The notes under the pieces were generated by a model. That model ran no database searches. It was not told the origin of the DNA and saw only the letters and a list, made by a program, of their open reading frames with translations. This document shows, one piece after another, positions 10,334 through 19,965 of a stretch of 64,000 nt of DNA. The translations under genes were made by a program, and so were the position numbers. This DNA is from Nitrospiraceae bacterium. GTDB lineage: Bacteria > Nitrospirota > Thermodesulfovibrionia > Thermodesulfovibrionales > UBA1546. Position 1 is the first letter of the stretch. Every line of letters starts with the position of its first letter. The stretch is taken from the NCBI GenBank assembly GCA_021373015.1, contig JAJFTJ010000014.1:136323-200322 (forward strand), read 5' to 3'.

Positions 10334-10549
10334 TTATTTACACGAACCGCAGGTGCCTTTAGCGCATGAAGAACATTCTGAAGAACTCGAACCTGCGAAA
10401 GGTTTTTCAACGCCGCTCATGCCAAATGCTGACATCTTTTTTTTAATATCGCTTGAGTCACACTTCGGACATTTAACAGCCTGATTTCCAAAAACGAGTT
10501 TTTCGAATTCCTCACAGCATTTATTGCATTTGTATTCGTATATAGGCAT
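10334..10549 (-). CDS. FmdB-family zinc-ribbon protein
   Basis: It begins MPIYEYKCNKCCEEFE ... CPKC and has a Cys/Ser-rich tail. Confidence 0.8.
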   Translation of the reverse strand: MPIYEYKCNKCCEEFEKLVFGNQAVKCPKCDSSDIKKKMSAFGMSGVEKPFAGSSSSECSSCAKGTCGSCK

Positions 10550-10560
10550 TTGATCCTCTG

Positions 10561-11208
10561 TTATTTTTTTGGAACTTTCTCCCAGTCTTTCAAAAACTTT
10601 TCTATTCCAATATCTGTAAGCGGATGTTTTATGAGTTGTGCAATTACTGAATACGGAATTGTTGCGACATGCGCGCCCATTTTTGCAGCTTCTATAACAT
10701 GCAATGGATTTCTTATGCTTGCAACAATTATCTGTGTATCGAACATGTAATTGTCATAGATGTCCATTATCTCGGCTATTAAATTCATACCGTTATGGCT
10801 GATGTCATCGAGCCTTCCAACAAAAGGGCTCACATATGTTGCGCCTGCTTTTGCAGCAAGCAGAGCCTGACTTGAGGAAAATACCAAGGTTACATTAGTC
10901 TTTATTCCCATCGCTGTAAGTTTTTTTACTGCTCTCAGTCCGTCTTCTGTCATTGGTATCTTAACAACTATATTTTCATGAATCTTGGAAAGAGATTCGC
11001 CTTCTTTTATCATCTCATCGGATTTCAAACTTATTGCCTCTGCGCTTACCGGACCGTCCACAACACTGCATATCTCTTTTAAAATAGTGAGAGGATCTCT
11101 GCCCTCTTTTGAAATAAGGGATGGGTTTGTTGTAACGCCGTCTATTACTCCGACATCCCATGCTTTTTTTATCTCGTTAATGTTTGCTGTGTCGATAAAG
11201 AATTTCAT
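10561..11208 (-). CDS. tal: transaldolase (short type 3B) / fructose-6-phosphate aldolase
   Basis: It reads [16 protein letters not shown]...GVTTNPSL and VKIP (Schiff-base Lys region). At 215 aa it has the typical length. Confidence 0.9.
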   Translation of the reverse strand: MKFFIDTANINEIKKAWDVGVIDGVTTNPSLISKEGRDPLTILKEICSVVDGPVSAEAISLKSDEMIKEGESLSKIHENIVVKIPMTEDGLRAVKKLTAMGIKTNVTLVFSSSQALLAAKAGATYVSPFVGRLDDISHNGMNLIAEIMDIYDNYMFDTQIIVASIRNPLHVIEAAKMGAHVATIPYSVIAQLIKHPLTDIGIEKFLKDWEKVPKK

Positions 11209-11244
11209 TTTTCCCCCTGATTTAAATGTTAGAAAGACTTTATA

Positions 11245-12426
11245 TTATAACGCATCGCTTCCGCAATATGCTTCTTCAATAAGTTCTATGATATGAAATA
11301 CAGGCATTTTATCTGACACCTTGCTGAACTGCATCATGCAGCCTGGACAGGAGGTGATAATTGAGTGTGCTCCTGTTTTTTTGTAATTTTTGATCTGCTT
11401 GTCCAGCATTTTTTTAGAAATATCTTCGAACGAGAGGCTGAATGTTCCACCAAATCCGCAGCAGCCTTTTTCTTCCGTCTCAGTAAGAGAAAGTCCGATT
11501 GTCTTGAGAATTTCACGCGGCTCATTTTTTATCCCCAACTCATGGATCATATGGCAGGGGTCATGATATGTGAAGGTCAAAGGATGTTTTTTAATCGGCG
11601 ATATTTTTTTAAGGTCGAGTTTTTTTAAAAGAAAGGTCGAGGCGTCCTCGGCGTTTTTTATTGCTTCTCCAACGAGCTTAGGATAGTGTTTCTTTATTGC
11701 AACAATGCATGTAGGACACAGACTCAGCACAGCTTCGACCTTAAGCTTGTTAAATATGCGGAGATTTTTTTTTGCAGCAGCCTTTGCCTCTTCTTCCAAT
11801 CCGAGTGTTCTCATTGGAACGCCGCAGCAGACCTCTCCGCTTGGCACTATCACTTCATATCCGGCTTTAAGAAGAATATTTATAAGCGACACGCCTAATG
11901 ACGGATAGAAATAATTTATGCTGCACCCTGTGAAGATTGCCACTCTTCCTATTGGATCGCTTGGTTTGTATACCTGCTGTGTAACTCTGAACGGAGCCTC
12001 AGGAATATTGAAATTAGAGGGTATAAAACCTTTTTTAGAAAGATAAGGAGATATGAAATGTCCAAGACTCTGTAATATTTTATAGCTGAGAGAAGGACTT
12101 TTTATAAATGCCCTTGTTAATATTCTATGGAGTTTTCTTTTTTTATCGCTGCGCTTCAATACACGCCGTCCTTTATAAATCTGCTCTGTTATATCAACAT
12201 TGCTTGGACAAAGATTTGAGCATGCGCCGCATAAAAGGCAGCTGAATATCATATCATTCAATTCTGGCGAGGGTTTTAATCTTTTGAGAAGAAGTTCTCT
12301 TAAAAGTATAAGCCTTCCTCTTGCAGCCATTGATTCTGTTTCATCATTGTCATAAGTAGGGCAGTCTGCCTTGCATCCGCCGCACTTAACGCATTTGAGG
12401 AGCTCTTTCAGATAAATTTCGTTCAA
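11245..12426 (-). CDS. (Fe-S)-binding protein with two CCG domains (GlcF / LutA / HdrD-like)
   Basis: It has two ferredoxin-type motifs (CVKCGGCKADCP, CLLCGACSNLCP) and two CCG motifs (CCGVP, CCGFGG). Confidence 0.8.
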   Translation of the reverse strand: MNEIYLKELLKCVKCGGCKADCPTYDNDETESMAARGRLILLRELLLKRLKPSPELNDMIFSCLLCGACSNLCPSNVDITEQIYKGRRVLKRSDKKRKLHRILTRAFIKSPSLSYKILQSLGHFISPYLSKKGFIPSNFNIPEAPFRVTQQVYKPSDPIGRVAIFTGCSINYFYPSLGVSLINILLKAGYEVIVPSGEVCCGVPMRTLGLEEEAKAAAKKNLRIFNKLKVEAVLSLCPTCIVAIKKHYPKLVGEAIKNAEDASTFLLKKLDLKKISPIKKHPLTFTYHDPCHMIHELGIKNEPREILKTIGLSLTETEEKGCCGFGGTFSLSFEDISKKMLDKQIKNYKKTGAHSIITSCPGCMMQFSKVSDKMPVFHIIELIEEAYCGSDAL

Positions 12427-12427
12427 T

Positions 12428-13246
12428 TCAGGAAATATCCTCGGAGATTTTTATTGTCTCGTTCATTCTCCCGCTTCTGAATTCTTCAAGATCGAGTGAG
12501 ATGAATTTATAGCCGAGAGATCTGAGTTTTCCCACCACAGATTTTTTTATGTTTTTGTTGAGCATTTTTTTAAAATCATTTTTATTAAGCTCAATCCTTG
12601 CAGTATCACCGTGATGCCGTACGCGGAATTCCTTGAACCCAAGAGATTTAATAAAAGATTCTGCTCTGCTTATCTGCTTCAGAGCTTCAAGAGTTATAGC
12701 CTCGCCATATGGAAATCTTGATGCAAGGCATGGAGAGGCCGGTCTGTTCCATAACGGGATATTGAGTTTTTTTGATAATTTTTTTATCTCATCTTTTGTA
12801 AGTTCTGCTTCGACTAACGGACTCCTAACAAGATATTTACCTGCTGCTTTTCTCCCAGGTCTAAAATCCTTCATATCGTCGAGATTGCTTCCATCAAGAA
12901 TAAAATCATATCCTTCGTTTGACGCAATCTCTTTTATCTTTGTGAAAAGTTCATCTTTGCAGAAAAAACATCTGTCAGGAGAATTTGACCTGAATTTATC
13001 CGAATCCAATTCTGATGTTCCTATTATTCTATGGTCAATGCCGATTTCTCCTGCAAATTTTTTAGCGCATGCAAGATCATCCTCAGGCATTGTCTCTGAA
13101 AATGCTGTTACTGCAAGTGCTTTAATGCCGGAGAGTTTTACTGCCTTGATAAGAAATGTGCTGTCAACACCGCCGGAATATGCTATTACAGCAGTTCTCA
13201 TTTTTTCCAGAATATCTAAGAGTTTTGATAATTTTGTGTATAACAT
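12428..13246 (-). CDS. larE: PP-loop ATP pyrophosphatase, LarE-type sulfur transferase family
   Basis: It has the PP-loop AYSGGVDST, the FFCK motif and the PASPCLASRFPYG motif characteristic of the LarE family. Confidence 0.7.
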   Translation of the reverse strand: MLYTKLSKLLDILEKMRTAVIAYSGGVDSTFLIKAVKLSGIKALAVTAFSETMPEDDLACAKKFAGEIGIDHRIIGTSELDSDKFRSNSPDRCFFCKDELFTKIKEIASNEGYDFILDGSNLDDMKDFRPGRKAAGKYLVRSPLVEAELTKDEIKKLSKKLNIPLWNRPASPCLASRFPYGEAITLEALKQISRAESFIKSLGFKEFRVRHHGDTARIELNKNDFKKMLNKNIKKSVVGKLRSLGYKFISLDLEEFRSGRMNETIKISEDIS

Positions 13247-13330
13247 TAAGAAACCTTAAAAAATACAACGTTAAAATCTGAGGTAAATATCTGAAATTTT
13301 TAATTCTATAATTAATTAATTCTAGCTCCG

Positions 13331-14836
13331 TCACAACTGGGTAATCTCGTAGTTTTCCTGATGCAGATGGATATCTTCTTTTATTATTACTTTTATGCCA
13401 TAACGATTTTCAATATCCTCAAGCCCTTGTCTTTCCTCGTCTGAGAGAAGTTCTGCAACAGACGGATGCGCTGTGACAATAATCTTATCTGTGCTGTGTC
13501 TTGCAATCTTAAATAATTTTCTGAATATTTCATAACAGATTGTGCGCGGAGATTTTACATAATTTTTGCCTTCACAATAAGGGCAGGGCTCACAAAGGAT
13601 TCTTCCAATGCTTTCCCTCACGCGTTTTCTTGTCATCTGTATAAGGCCGAGCTCTGAGATATTGAATATGGTATTTTTTGCCCTGTCTTTTTTCATTGCT
13701 TCAAGAAAGGCGTTGAAAACCTTATCCCTGTTTTCAAGTCTCTCCATATCTATGAAATCAATGATTATGATCCCCCCCAGATTTCTGAGCCGTATCTGGT
13801 ATGCGATTTCCTTGACTGCTTCAAGATTTGTTTTTAATATTGTGTCTTCAAGTCCTTCCTTGCCGACAAATTTCCCGGTGTTTACATCAATTACTGTCAT
13901 TGCCTCAGTCTGATCTATTACTATATAACCTCCTGATTTCAGCCAAACCCTTCTGCCAAGCGCGCGGGAGAGATCAAGCTCGATGCCGAATGCGTCAAAA
14001 ATAGGCTCGTTTCCTTCATGCAGAACTATTTTTTCAAGAAGTTTTGGAAAATATGTTTTTACGAATTCCCTTATCTTTTCGTATTCTTCAGGAGAATCAA
14101 TTATAAGGCGTTCGACTCCCTGTGTAAGCATGTCGCGCACGCTTCTGAAAACAAGATCAAGGTCGCTGTATAAAAGAGCCGGCGCAGATACCTTGTCTTT
14201 TTTTCTTTGAATGTTCTCCCATATCAAGATTAGAAATTCAAGATCTCTTTTAAGTTCTTCTTCGCTGCAGCTTTCGCTTGCAGTTCTTATTATCAGACCG
14301 TAGCCTTTCGGCTTTATATTCTCAGCAATAGTTTTTAACCGTGTTCTTTCCTCTTCATTGGATATTCTTCTTGAGATTCCTATGTGTTCAACATTAGGCA
14401 TAAGCACTAAATAGCGGCCAGCTAAGGTTATGTACGATGTAACCCTTGCACCTTTGCTTCCTATGGGATCTTTTGAAACATGAACAAGAATTTCTTGTCC
14501 AGACTGGATAATCTCTTCTATCGAAAGATCAGACCTTCCCTGTTGTGATATAAGTTCAAGAGATTCATCTTTTTCTTCATCCTCTAAAAAAGGCGTATAT
14601 TCTTCAACATCAGTTCTTATGTCAGCAACATAAAGAAATGCCGCCCTTTCCAACCCAATATCGATAAAAGCAGACTGCATTCCCGGAAGTATCTTAACTA
14701 CCTTTCCTTTATAGATATTCCCGACAAGACTTGCATCGCGTTTTCTTTCGACGTAGAACTCGACTACCTGTCCGCCTTCAAGAAGACCGACTCTTACTTC
14801 TTCTCTTTCTGCATTGATCAGGATTTCGCCGGACAT
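13331..14836 (-). CDS. rng: ribonuclease G/E family (Rng/CafA)
   Basis: It has an N-terminal S1 domain (GNIYKGKVVKILPGMQSAFIDIG) and the catalytic core (IVIDQTEAMTVIDVNTG...GGIIIIDFIDM). I chose ATG 14836, preceded by aaaggtg, over the tracked GTG at 14845. Confidence 0.9.
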   Translation of the reverse strand: MSGEILINAEREEVRVGLLEGGQVVEFYVERKRDASLVGNIYKGKVVKILPGMQSAFIDIGLERAAFLYVADIRTDVEEYTPFLEDEEKDESLELISQQGRSDLSIEEIIQSGQEILVHVSKDPIGSKGARVTSYITLAGRYLVLMPNVEHIGISRRISNEEERTRLKTIAENIKPKGYGLIIRTASESCSEEELKRDLEFLILIWENIQRKKDKVSAPALLYSDLDLVFRSVRDMLTQGVERLIIDSPEEYEKIREFVKTYFPKLLEKIVLHEGNEPIFDAFGIELDLSRALGRRVWLKSGGYIVIDQTEAMTVIDVNTGKFVGKEGLEDTILKTNLEAVKEIAYQIRLRNLGGIIIIDFIDMERLENRDKVFNAFLEAMKKDRAKNTIFNISELGLIQMTRKRVRESIGRILCEPCPYCEGKNYVKSPRTICYEIFRKLFKIARHSTDKIIVTAHPSVAELLSDEERQGLEDIENRYGIKVIIKEDIHLHQENYEITQL

Positions 14837-17244
14837 GTCAAGCACCTTTCAACTGGCGTTACCCAGCTGTTATCAGAGGCATTTTTGCCATACATTGCAA
14901 GCCTTGTTATATCAAGCTCTCTAGACGGCACGGAGAAGAGTTCTGAGAAAATCTCGCTTGCTTTAACTTTTTTATCTTCTTTATCTGCCAATATTATCCT
15001 CACTGTATTATTATCCACTATTTCTATATTCTCAACCCCTGAAAGAGATTTATTATTTACAACAGACGAATCAGAGCATTTTATCTCATACTCATATCTG
15101 GATATAAAGCTGCTCAAGGACTGTTCCTTGGCTGTGATTAAAATTGCGTTTTTAATTTTTAAGCCCTCTGGCAGAAAATCATTTATCCTTGATATCGTAT
15201 AGTCTATACCAGATGCTGATGATATCTCCATATCAAAGTATTCTCTCATGCCTGAAATACCAACGCTGAGAGCAGGACCGAATGACATTTTTGGGAATGG
15301 GTGAAATCCTTTTGAGTATTCAAGATATATTCCTGCCCGTCTCATTGCACGAAGAAGAGCGGTTGTAATCTCAAAATGAGAAAGATACCTTAAGACGCCT
15401 GTTTTTGAAAATTCGATGCGAAGATACTGAGTTGGGGCATTAGCATCAACAGGCGGTGTTTTAATAAAATCTGAGGTTTCCATTTCATTATCTTTTTGTT
15501 TTATTTTTTTGCAATTCAATCCGCATGCATAACATGAGATCATGCAGTCAGGCGTTATGCTTTCTTTAAGAGCATTTTCATATTCTTTATATAAGATTTG
15601 TTTTTTAATCCCTGTATCGATAAAATCCCATGGCAGACGCTCTTCTTTTTCAAATGTTCTTTCTGCATATGCTGATGCATCAATTCCTGTCTCATCCATT
15701 GCCTGCCGCCATTTTTCAAAATCAAAAGACTCCCCCCATCCATCCAATCTGCATCCCAGCGACCATGCCTTTTCAATCAAGAAAGAGAGTTTCTCGTCTC
15801 CCCTTGCAAATACTGCCTCAAGCAAGCTCATGTTCATATCATGGCTTTTGAATTTGAATTTTTTTCTCATGAAGAATTCCCTGAGATAATTCATCTTTCT
15901 TTTTATCTCGCTGATATTGTTCTGACCATACCACTGAAACGGAGTATGCGGTTTTGGAACAAAAGGAGATATCCCGATATTTATATTAACGAATCTTCCT
16001 GTGTGTTCTTTTGCAGTTTTGAGAGCCTTCATTGCCATCTCAGGAATAGCTGCAATGTCCTCATCTGTCTCTGTTGGAAGCCCGATCATAAAATAAAGCT
16101 TTATATTCTGCCAGCCTTCCTTAAAAAGAAGTTTCAGGCTTCTGTCATAATCTTCTTCTGAAAAATTTTTGTTTATGACAGAACGCAGTCTTGCTGTTCC
16201 TGCTTCAGGCGCGATCGTAAAACCAGTTTTCCGCACTGTTTTTATCTCTTTTAAAACCTCTTTGTTTACAGCTCCAACTCTTAATGAAGGCAGGGATAGA
16301 GATATGTTTCTTCCATGAAAACATTGGTTGACTCCTCTGAGCAGGGGAATAAGCGATGAGTAATCGCCGGCGCTCAAAGACGTGAAAGACAATTCGTCGT
16401 AACCAGTGTTTTTAAGGGAATTCTCTGCTATTCTTAATATATTTTCAGGGCTTCTCTCTCTCAAAGGCCTGTAAATAATTCCAGCCTGACAGAACCTGCA
16501 TCCCATTGTGCATCCTCTAGAAACCTCGATATTCACCCTGTCGTGAACTATTCCCATATAAGGCACGATCGGAGAATCAGGATACGGGGCAGAATCAAGT
16601 GATTCGATAAATCGCCTTTTAACAAGATATTCAGATGACAAAGAATTATGAACAGAGGGAACATAAATCCCCTGTATCTCAGAGAGTAATTTCAGAATTG
16701 TCTTTTTCTTCCCGTCTCCTTGTTTTTTCCATTTTCTATATGCATCCAATATTTCTACAACAGCTTCTTCGCCGTCGCCTATTAAAAATGCATCAATAAA
16801 AGCAGACATTGGCGCTGGATTAACAGTACATGGACCGCCGGCAATAATAAGCGGCCAATCACCATCAATTCTTTCAGATGTTTTTAAAGGAATTCCTGAC
16901 AGAGAAAGCATGTTCAAAACAGATGTGTATGAAAGTTCATACTGAAGACTGAACCCGACAATATCAAAGTTTTTTAAAAGTGTTTGTGTCTCGAGCGATG
17001 AGAGCAGAATCCCTTTATTTTTCATCTCATTTTCCATGTCAAGCCATGGGTGAAAAGCTCTTTGCGCAGATGCGTATGGAAGCTCATTGATTATTTTATA
17101 TAGGATTTTAAGCCCGAGATGCGACATGCCGATCTCATAAACATCAGGGAATGCAAGCGCAACATTGACTTCTCCATGTTTATGAATGGAGTTTATCTCA
17201 TTGTTTATGTATCTGCTTGGTTTTTGAAAAAGAGAGTAATTCAC
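14818..17244 (-). CDS. B12-binding-domain radical SAM protein fused to a DUF2344-like C-terminal domain
   Basis: It has the radical SAM motif CTMGCRFCQAG. The C-terminal third (YLRIEFSKTGVLRYLSHFEITTALLRAMRRAG) resembles DUF2344. It has a GTG start, and its 3' end overlaps the rng start. Confidence 0.8.
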   Translation of the reverse strand: MNYSLFQKPSRYINNEINSIHKHGEVNVALAFPDVYEIGMSHLGLKILYKIINELPYASAQRAFHPWLDMENEMKNKGILLSSLETQTLLKNFDIVGFSLQYELSYTSVLNMLSLSGIPLKTSERIDGDWPLIIAGGPCTVNPAPMSAFIDAFLIGDGEEAVVEILDAYRKWKKQGDGKKKTILKLLSEIQGIYVPSVHNSLSSEYLVKRRFIESLDSAPYPDSPIVPYMGIVHDRVNIEVSRGCTMGCRFCQAGIIYRPLRERSPENILRIAENSLKNTGYDELSFTSLSAGDYSSLIPLLRGVNQCFHGRNISLSLPSLRVGAVNKEVLKEIKTVRKTGFTIAPEAGTARLRSVINKNFSEEDYDRSLKLLFKEGWQNIKLYFMIGLPTETDEDIAAIPEMAMKALKTAKEHTGRFVNINIGISPFVPKPHTPFQWYGQNNISEIKRKMNYLREFFMRKKFKFKSHDMNMSLLEAVFARGDEKLSFLIEKAWSLGCRLDGWGESFDFEKWRQAMDETGIDASAYAERTFEKEERLPWDFIDTGIKKQILYKEYENALKESITPDCMISCYACGLNCKKIKQKDNEMETSDFIKTPPVDANAPTQYLRIEFSKTGVLRYLSHFEITTALLRAMRRAGIYLEYSKGFHPFPKMSFGPALSVGISGMREYFDMEISSASGIDYTISRINDFLPEGLKIKNAILITAKEQSLSSFISRYEYEIKCSDSSVVNNKSLSGVENIEIVDNNTVRIILADKEDKKVKASEIFSELFSVPSRELDITRLAMYGKNASDNSWVTPVERCLTCPAKS

Positions 17245-17257
17245 ATTTTAGGATAAC

Positions 17258-17280
17258 ATTGTAAAACTTTGTTTTACAAT
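17258..17280. promoter_or_regulatory. perfect 10-bp inverted repeat (attgtaaaac-ttt-gttttacaat), candidate operator
   Basis: I read it directly. It lies 14 nt upstream of the rSAM start, in a divergent intergenic region. Confidence 0.3.
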
Positions 17281-17366
17281 AAGACTGTATACTTTACATA
17301 TGGCAAATAGAGTACGAATTGGGAGAATCTAATTTATCTTTAAAATAACATAGCAATTCAGCTAAA

Positions 17367-17597
17367 ATGCATGAAAAACAGGGAGGGCAAATGGAAGCAA
17401 AAAATATGAAAACAATGGGGCTTTTGGTTCAGTTTATCGGACTGGTAATTCTAATCCTTGGTTTAAATGGGTTTTTCATTTTCACTGCTACTGTTCTGTA
17501 TTTTCCCTTGCTTATCGTAGCAATAATTGTCTTTGTAGTATGCCTTTTCAAGGGCGGTGCAATGCACAAAAGAGGAAAAGAGCTGGAAAAGCAGTAA
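17367..17597 (+). CDS. small two-TM membrane protein, unknown function
   Basis: It has two hydrophobic helices (LLVQFIGLVILILGL, LYFPLLIVAIIVFVVCLF). The start codon is uncertain because there are several in-frame ATGs. Confidence 0.4.
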   Translation: MHEKQGGQMEAKNMKTMGLLVQFIGLVILILGLNGFFIFTATVLYFPLLIVAIIVFVVCLFKGGAMHKRGKELEKQ

Positions 17598-17612
17598 GGT
17601 ATAATAAGTTTC

Positions 17613-18632
17613 ATGTTTATTGCTGGATTAACAGGGAATTACGGCATGGGCAAGAGCGCTGTGCTTGCTATCTTTAGAAAACTTGGGGCGCTGACAGTTG
17701 ATACTGATACTCTTGTTCATAAGCTTCTTAATGAAAAAAATATTATTAATAAAATCAAAAAACTTTTTGGAAATGACGTGTTTGATGCAAAAAGCAAGGT
17801 CATAAGAAAAAAAGTTGCTGAAAAAGTATTCATTAACAAGAAGCTGAGAACAGAGCTCGAAGACATTCTTCACCCTTTGGTATTTAAAGAAATACAAAAA
17901 ATAAAAATAAAACCAAAAAACAAAAACAAACTGATCATAGTGGAAGCTCCTGTTATATTTGAGCGCGGTTATGAGAAGAATTTCGATAGGACAATCACTG
18001 TTTTTGCAGGTAAGAAAACAACATTAAAAAGATTGGGCAAAAGCGGAATAAGTCCTGAGACCGCGAGACAAAGGCTTGGATGCCAAATGCCTATAGAGAA
18101 AAAGATAAAGATGTCTGATTTTTCTGTGAATAACAGCAAGACTCTCCAGCAGACAAAAAAACAGGCAGCAGAGATATTCAGGAAACTTCTGGTAGCTAAA
18201 CTCGCCTCTGAAGGAAAGGTCGAGCAAATTAAAAAGATTGCAGGCAGGCCTTTTTATATTGAAGGGAAAGTTATTAAAGGCGCTGGTCGGGGTGGTAAAA
18301 TTCTTCACATTCCTACTGCAAATTTATCTGTCTCGGAAGGAACTGATATTAAAGAAGGTGTTTATGCTGTAAAAGTTATCTTTGATAAGCACATTTACAA
18401 TGGCGCTGCGAATATCGGCACAAATCCGACTTTCGGAGATACTGCTGTGAATTATGAGGTGCATTTGTTTGATTTTGCAAAGAATCTGCTTGGGAAAAAA
18501 CTAAGGGTTAATTTCATCAAGCGCATAAGAGACGAGAAAAAATTTCCAAGCATAAAGGCTCTTGAAGTGCAAATAAAAAAGGATATTAATAGGGCAAAAC
18601 AGATGCTTAGTAATAAATATGAAAAAACCTGA
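17613..18632 (+). CDS. coaE: dephospho-CoA kinase fused to a riboflavin kinase domain
   Basis: The N-terminal part has the CoaE P-loop (GLTGNYGMGKS) and VEAPVIFE. The C-terminal ~135 aa carry riboflavin kinase motifs (GRGGKILHIPTANL, GAANIGTNPTF, EVHLFDF, RDEKKFPS...L..QI..D). Confidence 0.8.
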   Translation: MFIAGLTGNYGMGKSAVLAIFRKLGALTVDTDTLVHKLLNEKNIINKIKKLFGNDVFDAKSKVIRKKVAEKVFINKKLRTELEDILHPLVFKEIQKIKIKPKNKNKLIIVEAPVIFERGYEKNFDRTITVFAGKKTTLKRLGKSGISPETARQRLGCQMPIEKKIKMSDFSVNNSKTLQQTKKQAAEIFRKLLVAKLASEGKVEQIKKIAGRPFYIEGKVIKGAGRGGKILHIPTANLSVSEGTDIKEGVYAVKVIFDKHIYNGAANIGTNPTFGDTAVNYEVHLFDFAKNLLGKKLRVNFIKRIRDEKKFPSIKALEVQIKKDINRAKQMLSNKYEKT

Positions 18633-19839
18633 ATTGCTTGCTCCTGCCGGAGATTTTGAGAAACTAAAAATAGCGATACACTATGGCGCCGATGCTGTGT
18701 ATCTCGGTGATTCAAGGTTCAGCCTCAGGGGAAAGGCAGGAAATTTCAATCCTGATGAACTAAAAGAAGCTGTAGATTATGCGCACAAAAACAATGTCCG
18801 TGTCTATATCACAGCAAATATCTTTCCTCATAACAAAGATATCGAAGAGATAAGAGAACACGTCGACTTGCTAAAAACTGTTAAACCGGATGCAGTGATA
18901 GTCTCTGACCCCGGGATATTCAACATGCTCAGACAGAAAGCTCCTGAGATCAAGCTGCACATAAGCACGCAGGCGAATATCACAAATGCTGAATCAGCAA
19001 AATTCTGGGAATCACTTGGAGCAAAGAGGCTTATACTTTCAAGAGAGCTTTCATTCGATGAGATAAAAGAGATTCGCAAAAAAATAAAAATAGAACTCGA
19101 GGTATTCGTGCATGGCTCTATGTGCATATCTTATTCAGGAAGGTGCTACATAAGCAGTTTTCTTACTTCTCGCAGCGCAAACACAGGAGAATGCACTCAT
19201 TCATGCAGGTGGAATTATGTTCTTATGGAAGAAACAAGAGACGGTAAATATCTTCCGGTTTTTGAAGATGAAAGAGGAACCTATATCATGAGTTCAAAAG
19301 ACCTCTGCATGATAGAGCACATGCCTCTGCTCGTTGATGCCGGAATAGACAGTATAAAAATAGAAGGAAGGATGAAGGGCATAAATTATGTAGCAGGTGT
19401 AGTAAAGACTTACAGAGAAGCGATAGATGCCCTTTCAGAGAAAGATTACAAGGTGAATCCAAGATGGATGAGAGAGCTTTCTATGTTCAGCAGCAGGGGA
19501 TATACAACAGGAATGTTTTTTGGGAAGCAGCCTGATGACGGATACAATTTCGATGGAGAGAGTTACAGAATGAGCCATGAACTGGTAGGCATTGTTCTTG
19601 AAATAAATAGCGGAAATGCAAAGGTTGAGATGAGAAACAGGTTTGATGCAGGAGAGTCCGTAGAATATCTTTCTCCAGGACTTGAAGAAAAAAGCTTTGA
19701 GATAAATTCAATAAAAAATTTACAAGGCAATGATATTACCTCGGCAAGAAATGAGGATATAGTTTTTATTCAGGTTCCAGAAGGTGTGAGGCCGAATGAT
19801 CTGATAAGAAGGAAAAAGAATTTCAGGCAGCAGCCATGA
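18619..19839 (+). CDS. peptidase U32 family protein
   Basis: It reads MKKPELLAPAGDFEKLKIAIHYGADAVYLG, followed by the Cys-rich motif E.FVHGSMCISYSGRCY. Confidence 0.9.
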   Translation: MKKPELLAPAGDFEKLKIAIHYGADAVYLGDSRFSLRGKAGNFNPDELKEAVDYAHKNNVRVYITANIFPHNKDIEEIREHVDLLKTVKPDAVIVSDPGIFNMLRQKAPEIKLHISTQANITNAESAKFWESLGAKRLILSRELSFDEIKEIRKKIKIELEVFVHGSMCISYSGRCYISSFLTSRSANTGECTHSCRWNYVLMEETRDGKYLPVFEDERGTYIMSSKDLCMIEHMPLLVDAGIDSIKIEGRMKGINYVAGVVKTYREAIDALSEKDYKVNPRWMRELSMFSSRGYTTGMFFGKQPDDGYNFDGESYRMSHELVGIVLEINSGNAKVEMRNRFDAGESVEYLSPGLEEKSFEINSIKNLQGNDITSARNEDIVFIQVPEGVRPNDLIRRKKNFRQQP

Positions 19840-19921
19840 TTGGCAAGTCCATTTTTATTTATTAGATTTATTTATCTTTCTTCAATCTGATACAATTTTA
19901 ATATGACTGAATATATATTTT

Positions 19922-19935
19922 TCTGTCTAGACAGA
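19922..19935. promoter_or_regulatory. perfect 14-bp palindrome TCTGTCTAGACAGA upstream of the CDF transporter gene
   Basis: I read it directly. It ends 30 nt before the ATG at 19966. Confidence 0.3.
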
Positions 19936-19965
19936 CATGCTTATTCAATAATAACGAGGTAATTA

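Noticed and set aside
12633-13259. A 208-aa ORF on the plus strand, inside larE
   Set aside because: It lies entirely antisense to a well-supported PP-loop gene. Its product is Ser/Phe/Leu/Ile-rich with no motifs, which is typical of a shadow ORF in AT-rich DNA.
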